Below are positions 27,596 to 33,772 of a DNA stretch of 64,000 nucleotides, piece after piece (within the stretch, counting starts at the first letter, position 1; each line of letters opens with the position of its first letter). The DNA comes from Acidobacteriaceae bacterium (GTDB lineage Bacteria > Acidobacteriota > Terriglobia > Terriglobales > Acidobacteriaceae). Under the pieces are notes generated by a model, which was not told the origin of the DNA, did not search any database, and worked only from the letters and a program-made list of their open reading frames with translations. The stretch is taken from assembly GCA_025350325.1 (NCBI GenBank), contig JANXYB010000114.1:8438-72437 (forward strand), read 5' to 3'. The position numbers were made by a program, and so were the translations under genes.

Positions 27596-28674
27596 CGAAA
27601 TTCTTTTTCAAATCGGTGGCAAGGCTCGCAGCTGTAGCCTCGGTGGCGCTGGGCACGCTGGCATGGGCCGCTCCGCCGCAGATGCCGATGTTTCGCTTTG
27701 AAAAGTTTACGACCGCAAACGGTCTGCCCGACAATCACGTTTTTGCAGTTCTTGTGGACGGGGATCGGGTTTGGGCTGGAACGGAGAACGGACTCGCAGT
27801 TTACGAAAATCACGCGTGGAAAACCTACACCACGACAGATGGCCTGGCGCACCGTGCAGTTCTGTCGCTGGCGCTGGACGAGCGCACTGGCGACGTGTGG
27901 GCAGGCACCATGGGTGGGCTGAGCCGCATTTCAGGCGGCCGCATTGATACTTTCACGCAGTTGAACTCGGGTCTGAGCAATGACGTGGTGTACGGCGTAT
28001 CCGTCGAGGGCGAAAACGTGTGGGTAGCAACCGCAGCGGGCGCGTGCCGCTACGATCTTCGTTCTGGAGGGTGGTCGCTTTTTAACGAGCGCAACACCCC
28101 TATGAACGAGATTTGGGTTTACGGTGTTTCGGCTACTCCGACCAAGGTTTATTTCGCCGTATGGGGTAGTGGCCTGCTTGAATATGACCAAAAAACCGGC
28201 CGCTGGGACAAGTATGACGACCCCGATGGAGAGAATGAGATTGTGCTCTTCAAAGATCAGGGCCTGATCCATGAGATTGTCACTTCGGTCAGTTATGTAG
28301 ACAATATTGTTTGGGCCGCTACATATTTCGGCGACAGCAGGTACGACGGCCGCTACTGGCACAACTTTCTTACGAAAGACAGTGGGCTTCCCTCGAACTT
28401 CACGAACACAATCAAAGGCGTGGACGCCAAGCGCGCCTGGTTTGGCACGGACAAAGGGCTGGCCTACTACGACGGAGTGAATTGGGCGGTATATCGACCA
28501 TCTCTCACTACCGGCAAGCCTGAAATGACCATACGCGATGGCAAGGGGAACGTAACTTCCGTCGAGGTCACGTCTGCGCCGGCACACAACTATGTTTTGG
28601 GAATTGATTTTCAGGGGAGCGACATTTGGGTCGCTACTGCTAAGGGTTTAAGTCACGGGATTCATCAGCCATAA
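27592..28674 (+). CDS. Secreted stand-alone beta-propeller (two-component-regulator propeller repeats, no kinase)
   Basis: Start reset to ATG 27592 (ATGA overlap); signal peptide; repeats GLPDNHV..VWAGTENGL, GLAHRAV..VWAGTMGGL, GLSNDVV..VWVATAAG, GLPSNFT..WFGTDKGL. Confidence 0.85.
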   Translation: MTKFFFKSVARLAAVASVALGTLAWAAPPQMPMFRFEKFTTANGLPDNHVFAVLVDGDRVWAGTENGLAVYENHAWKTYTTTDGLAHRAVLSLALDERTGDVWAGTMGGLSRISGGRIDTFTQLNSGLSNDVVYGVSVEGENVWVATAAGACRYDLRSGGWSLFNERNTPMNEIWVYGVSATPTKVYFAVWGSGLLEYDQKTGRWDKYDDPDGENEIVLFKDQGLIHEIVTSVSYVDNIVWAATYFGDSRYDGRYWHNFLTKDSGLPSNFTNTIKGVDAKRAWFGTDKGLAYYDGVNWAVYRPSLTTGKPEMTIRDGKGNVTSVEVTSAPAHNYVLGIDFQGSDIWVATAKGLSHGIHQP

Positions 28675-28686
28675 GGAGCTATCGAG

Positions 28687-29187
28687 ATGATTGCATTTTC
28701 AGAAATTCTAGATACGATCGCGCACGCGCCTATCATAAAGCGCGCGATGACCAACCACGGAGTACTTAACGAGGCTTACGCCTATGCCAAGCCAAGCTCG
28801 TTTTCGCGTGGCATGCGCATTGATTTGAACGGGCTCACCATCCTGCTCATCTCGGGTACAGCGTCGATTGACGAGAACGGTGTAAGCGTTCACGTCGGCG
28901 ACTTTCGCGCGCAGATGAAGCGCACGCTCGAGAACATCACAGGTCTGCTCGCAAGCGAAGGATGCACCTGGCACGATATCGTGCGCACCAGCTGCTACCT
29001 CCGCGACATCGATCGTGACTACGATGCATTCAACGACGAGCGAACCGCCTTCTTTACGGCGCAGGGTCTTGATCCGCTACCTGCCTCAACGGGTATCGAG
29101 GCGCACTTGTGCCGGCCTGAGTTGCTTATTGAGATCGAGGCGATTGCGATGTTTCGCACGGAGAAAGCTGCTAGCACCAAGGAGTAA
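28687..29187 (+). CDS. Rid/YjgF-superfamily protein resembling the catalytic domain of FkbO/Hyg5 chorismatases
   Basis: PSSFSRG, LLISGTASI, HVGDFRAQ..TLENI, CYLRD, LCRPELLIEIEAIA; no signal peptide; AGGAG RBS. Confidence 0.8.
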   Translation: MIAFSEILDTIAHAPIIKRAMTNHGVLNEAYAYAKPSSFSRGMRIDLNGLTILLISGTASIDENGVSVHVGDFRAQMKRTLENITGLLASEGCTWHDIVRTSCYLRDIDRDYDAFNDERTAFFTAQGLDPLPASTGIEAHLCRPELLIEIEAIAMFRTEKAASTKE

Positions 29188-29192
29188 GTGCA

Positions 29193-31211
29193 ATGGGCAA
29201 GGGACTGGTACTGCTAGCGGTTTGTGGTTTTACTTTGAGCACGGTATATGGGGCAGCTCAGGATACGACGAAAGGTGCGGGCGCATGTGAGTGTGGTGCG
29301 CACCCGCCCGGGCCGCCGCGTGACCGCTCGGTGACTCCGTACGCTGGCGAGCCTGCCGATCTGAGCCCTTATTCAAAGTTTGCCGCACCTTACGACCTCA
29401 ACTATACCCATCCTAATATTTATGCTGGCGCCTCGCGGGACTTGCCTCAGCCTGAAAATCTGACTGAAGTGCGTATCGGGTTTTTCGGACCGATCGAGCA
29501 CAATCCCGAACAGGTTTTTGGATTGCGTATGTTGCATGGTGCACAATTAGCGGTCGAAGAAGCCAACGCACGCGGTGGTTACGGCGGCAAGCCATTCAAG
29601 CTGATGCTGCATAACGATTACGACAATTGGCAGGCAAAGACGGTATACGGCGATGATCGTTCGACCGACCCGACCATCTGGGGCTCCGCTTCAAACGAAG
29701 TGGTGAAGATGGTTTATGACGATCAGGACTGGGCCGTGTTTGGCTCCATCAGTTCCGAGTCAACGCATATCGCTCTGCGCGTTGCGCTTCGCGCGGAGAT
29801 TCCCATCGTCAACTCCGCATCGACCGATCCCACGATCCCGGAAACATACATCCCGTGGTACTTCACCAACCTGCAGGATGATCGCGTACAGGATTTAACG
29901 CTGGCCCGTCATATCTTCACCGAGTCGGGCCTGAAGCGCGTGGCATTGCTGAGAATCAACAGTCGCTACGGGCGCTTTGGCGTTATCAAGTTTCGCGACG
30001 CGGCCAGGCGGCTCGGGCATCCCGTGGTGATCGAGCAGAAATTTTTGCCCGGCGACACGGACTACACGCGCGAACTCAAAATTATTCAATCGTCGCGCGC
30101 AGATGCCATCGTTTTGTGGACCGACGAGATTCCGGCGGCGAACATTCTCAAGCAGATGAGAGCGCTGGGGATGAAGCAGCGCGTTTTCGGTTCGTATCGT
30201 ACGCTGGGGCCTGAATTGCTCGCTGAGGCTGGCCCTGCTGCAGAGGGTTTTGAGGCTGTGTTTCCATACGACCCCACGCGGAAAGATTCGCGCTGGCTCG
30301 ACTTTAACAGCCGATTCGACGCTCGATTTCAAGAGCAACCTGAGCAGTTTGCTGCGCTGGCCTACGATGCAATGAACGCACTGCTCAGCTCCATTTGCAA
30401 GGCTGGACTCAACCGCGCGCGCATTCACGACGCGCTGGCCAGTATCGAGCAATACGATGGCGTGACCGGGCACATGATGTTCGATCCCAATCAAAAGAAC
30501 GTCGCGCCGATGTATATGGGGATAGTCCACAACGGAGCAATTACGTATCGCGTAGCAAGCATGGAGAAGCCGGGTACAGCTGACCCGGCAGCGATCGCTT
30601 TTCCTGCTGTATCAATGGGTGCAGACAGTGGTGCTCCCAAGCCCCAGCAAGCTCGCGCTCCAGCGACGCCGTACGCGCGGGTGGGGGAGGGGGGCGTTGC
30701 CATTGCGGGTCCGCATAGTGCGGATGCGCCGGATGGTGCAATGCGCGTGGTGCTGTTTGGACCGCAAGCGGTGAAGATTGCCGAGTCGGTCGAAATGCGC
30801 GCGCAACTTGCCGGCGCTGCCGCAAAAGGACGTGTCTGGGTTGTACTGCCGGTTGCGAGCAACCAGAACTGGGGCGCGGCTTCAACCCAATTAGTGCATG
30901 CGCTCATGGATCTACACGCGCTGGCCATCCTCGCGCTCGATCGTGAGTCAGCGCACCTCGCAGAGCAATTGGCGCTCAAGACGTTTGTGCCTGTTGTTGC
31001 GCTAAGCGATGACAAGACGCTGACTTCGACGAACGTGCCATGGATTTTTCGCCTGCCGTCTAGCACCGAACCCGTAGCGGCCTTGCGCCTGATTCAAACT
31101 GCATCGCAAAAGAGCGGCGTTAACGCGGACCGGCTGAGAGACGTGCTGGCATCAGGCGATGCAATCGATGGGCTGGCGTTCTCGTCGACGGGCGAGGTAA
31201 AGCTGCCGTGA
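29193..31211 (+). CDS. Secreted type-1 periplasmic binding protein (Leu/Ile/Val-like) with N-terminal CxCGAH segment and an extra C-terminal half-domain
   Basis: Signal peptide, VRIGFFGP, GAQLAVEEANARGG, AVFGSISSESTH, AALAYDAMNAL, YDGVTGHMMFD. The C-terminal ~170 aa repeat the first PBP lobe (LAEQLALKTFVPVV..NVPWIFRL). Confidence 0.82.
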   Translation: MGKGLVLLAVCGFTLSTVYGAAQDTTKGAGACECGAHPPGPPRDRSVTPYAGEPADLSPYSKFAAPYDLNYTHPNIYAGASRDLPQPENLTEVRIGFFGPIEHNPEQVFGLRMLHGAQLAVEEANARGGYGGKPFKLMLHNDYDNWQAKTVYGDDRSTDPTIWGSASNEVVKMVYDDQDWAVFGSISSESTHIALRVALRAEIPIVNSASTDPTIPETYIPWYFTNLQDDRVQDLTLARHIFTESGLKRVALLRINSRYGRFGVIKFRDAARRLGHPVVIEQKFLPGDTDYTRELKIIQSSRADAIVLWTDEIPAANILKQMRALGMKQRVFGSYRTLGPELLAEAGPAAEGFEAVFPYDPTRKDSRWLDFNSRFDARFQEQPEQFAALAYDAMNALLSSICKAGLNRARIHDALASIEQYDGVTGHMMFDPNQKNVAPMYMGIVHNGAITYRVASMEKPGTADPAAIAFPAVSMGADSGAPKPQQARAPATPYARVGEGGVAIAGPHSADAPDGAMRVVLFGPQAVKIAESVEMRAQLAGAAAKGRVWVVLPVASNQNWGAASTQLVHALMDLHALAILALDRESAHLAEQLALKTFVPVVALSDDKTLTSTNVPWIFRLPSSTEPVAALRLIQTASQKSGVNADRLRDVLASGDAIDGLAFSSTGEVKLP

Positions 31212-31249
31212 GAATTTCTCGCTGAACTAATGCCGGGTGAAAACACTTC

Positions 31250-31293
31250 AAACAAGAGAGGCAGCCCGTTGCGGACTGCCTCTCTCTTGTTTT
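31250..31293. terminator. Bidirectional intrinsic terminator closing the 16.6-31.2 kb block and the porin gene
   Basis: AAACAAGAGAGGCAG...CTGCCTCTCTCTTGTTT long stem with A/T tails on both sides, between convergent genes. Confidence 0.8.
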
Positions 31294-31313
31294 GACCGCT
31301 TGCAGATTTTGTT

Positions 31314-33410
31314 CTAAGGCAAGTAGTAGCGGAAGGACGTCCAAATCATATTGTCGATTCCCTTGGCGCCGATGCCTGATGCTCCAGACCATCCCTCGCG
31401 CACGGCATAGCCGTATTGAACGCTCTGGCGCAGGCGACCGCGATCACCCTTGTAGATGTCATACCAGTAACCGCCTGTGATCTCTTGCACGTCGCGGTTT
31501 TGCGCACCGCAGGACCCGCCGGGGTAATAGCCTGTCGAACTGCCGTTGAAGCCGGGTGTAGTGGTTGTGTTGCAAGCGGAATTGCCGAGTAGCCTCGAGC
31601 CGTAGCCGACAGCAGCTGCCGTCGGTGCGCCCCAGTGGCCGCCCCACGTGCCTCCTGCTGCAAGTTGTGCCGCAGTGGGCTTGGCAACGCATTGCGCCGC
31701 CAGGGTGAATCCAGTCGGGCAGAAGGTGGCTGTAGGGCCGCCGAGCGTAGTGGCCAGCGGGTTTGCATAGTCGGCGCGGCTCGCATAGTCCCCGCCGTAG
31801 TTCATGTAAATCGCGAGGCGAGGCGTTGGGTTGATTTCAACTGTAAGCAGGCCAGAGAGGTTGTGAATCGGCGCCAATCCGCCCCCGCTTTTCGCGGTAA
31901 CGTCGGCTAGAGTTGAGTCGCCGTAGCGTCCCATGCCGGTTCCGTAGAGGGCCTTGGCTCCCACGATCAGCTTGTCTTTGATTACTGGAACGCGGAAGCT
32001 GCCGCCGAAGCCGCCAAGTACGATGCTGTCGGAGAACGCGCCTGCCGTGGACGAAGCCGGAGCAACCACTGCGCCGGTTTCGATGTCTTTTTGGCCGCCG
32101 TATCGCACGGTGTCGTTGCTCACGCCGGGATAGATGGTTTCATGCGCAAATCGACCGATGCCCAGGATCTCATAGTGTCCCCAGCCCGGGTCGAATGCGA
32201 TTTTGGCAAGAATGTCAGGCGCTCTGTTAAAGGAAAGGTTAGCGATGTTAGTGTTTGCGACCAAGGTGTTATACACGGGCAGATACGTCGTTGACCCGGG
32301 CACCTGCGTGTAGTTTTGCACATAGGTCGTGGTGGCACTGGCGCTGATCGCCGCGTTGTAGTTACCGCCATTGTTGCCGGCGCTGCCGAGCACCGCGTAG
32401 GGGGTGTTGCCCGCCAGCGTAGCGGTGTAGAGGAGCTGCGGGTTCTCAACTGCGATGCCGAAAGCCGCGTGCTTGGCGGTTTTGGTGACGCGGAATCCGT
32501 ATTGCCGCGTCCACACAAAGCCGGGGACGTAATTCGGATCGATGGTCTGCGGGGCCATGATATCGCCGGAAATATTGGAGATGCCCTTTTTGTCTTCGGT
32601 GGCAAGCGACCATAACTGACCACCGGTAAAGGCCCAGTGATTATTGGTTTCAGCCTGACCCCAGATGACGCGCTGACGCAACACATAGCTATTCGATTGA
32701 TTGTTGTTGGACGAGACGCCGGTGCCAAGCCAATCTGCCTCGTAATAGCCTCGTAGTGTGCCCCAATCGGTTTTGCCCTCGGCCATGAGGGAGATGCGCG
32801 AGTGACGACCGCTGCCATAGAACTCGCCCAGAGAATACGCATCCGCATGTTCGTAAGGAATCGCATTGAACGCAGTCGGAGTGTCGCCGCCGGTGGCTTT
32901 GGTGCGATATATCGTCTCGCCCGCCAAGTAACCGCCCGGAGTCAAACCGATTCCCTTGTAGTGGAGCACGCTCGGATTATTTATTGCCTTCTTCAGTGCC
33001 GAAGTTTCGTCGGAGATGCTGGATACGATCGTGGTGTTGACCGCCTTCATGTCAGTCACGGTGGACTGCAGAGTGCTTACGGCAGCGGTGTTTTCAGTAG
33101 TCGCTTGCTGTTGCGATGTGGCGTCGGCCTCAGCCTTGGCCGCTGCGGTCTGCGCGTCTGCCGCAGTTTGCTGCGCCTGTTTCAACTGCGCGTCTTTAGC
33201 TGACAGATCGGTCTTCAAACTGTCGATCTGTAGTTGAAACTCTTGACGCAGAGATTCAATCTGTTCTTGAACAGTGGGCTTGGGAGGCTGCTTCTTTCTG
33301 GCGGTAACGTGTTTTCTCGCAGGCGCGGGGGGATCGCCGGCATAGGCAAACGGGCTGACAAGACTGGCTGCCACAATTGCAGCGACAGCAGTTTTGAGTT
33401 TGTAGTTCAT
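31314..33410 (-). CDS. Outer-membrane porin-like beta-barrel with N-terminal coiled coil
   Basis: Start reset to MNYKLKT (ATG 33410, GAGG RBS); signal peptide, coiled-coil segment, amphipathic beta-strands, C-terminal WTSFRYYLP. Confidence 0.75.
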   Translation of the reverse strand: MNYKLKTAVAAIVAASLVSPFAYAGDPPAPARKHVTARKKQPPKPTVQEQIESLRQEFQLQIDSLKTDLSAKDAQLKQAQQTAADAQTAAAKAEADATSQQQATTENTAAVSTLQSTVTDMKAVNTTIVSSISDETSALKKAINNPSVLHYKGIGLTPGGYLAGETIYRTKATGGDTPTAFNAIPYEHADAYSLGEFYGSGRHSRISLMAEGKTDWGTLRGYYEADWLGTGVSSNNNQSNSYVLRQRVIWGQAETNNHWAFTGGQLWSLATEDKKGISNISGDIMAPQTIDPNYVPGFVWTRQYGFRVTKTAKHAAFGIAVENPQLLYTATLAGNTPYAVLGSAGNNGGNYNAAISASATTTYVQNYTQVPGSTTYLPVYNTLVANTNIANLSFNRAPDILAKIAFDPGWGHYEILGIGRFAHETIYPGVSNDTVRYGGQKDIETGAVVAPASSTAGAFSDSIVLGGFGGSFRVPVIKDKLIVGAKALYGTGMGRYGDSTLADVTAKSGGGLAPIHNLSGLLTVEINPTPRLAIYMNYGGDYASRADYANPLATTLGGPTATFCPTGFTLAAQCVAKPTAAQLAAGGTWGGHWGAPTAAAVGYGSRLLGNSACNTTTTPGFNGSSTGYYPGGSCGAQNRDVQEITGGYWYDIYKGDRGRLRQSVQYGYAVREGWSGASGIGAKGIDNMIWTSFRYYLP

Positions 33411-33650
33411 CGGGCCTCTTTTTCCTCTCGGATCAGGTTGAATGATGCGACGCTCATTACGCTCGGAGCGCCATGATGCTCCGTTGCTGCAGGAGTCTCT
33501 GACATGAAACCGTGTTGAATAGTCTGCTTGTGTGCCTTGAATCGGTGTGTGATGAGATAGCGCTATGCAAGCAGGACTTTCCTCAATACTTCTGATTCCC
33601 AGCATCGCAGAGTCAGGTTAATATTTGACTAATTCACACAGTTTTAACAA

Positions 33651-33706
33651 GTTACAGCGCGCAGTTGCACGATGTTACAAAACCATGAATTGACGGTTCT
33701 GTAACA
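33651..33706. promoter_or_regulatory. Repeated GTTACA/TGTAAC boxes upstream of the porin gene
   Basis: GTTACA at 33651 and 33674, inverted TGTAACA at 33700, in an AT-rich intergenic stretch. Confidence 0.35.
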
Positions 33707-33772
33707 ATGCCTCGCGTTCTATAAGGACTTAGGTTACGAGCGCCTGCAATGCCTGTTGCAAGGCCACGTGAG

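Noticed and set aside
33574-33584. RNase P RNA core motif GAGGAAAGTCC on the minus strand
   Set aside because: It is followed by TGC instead of GGGC, the downstream conserved regions are absent, and an rnpB-length transcript would run into the porin CDS.
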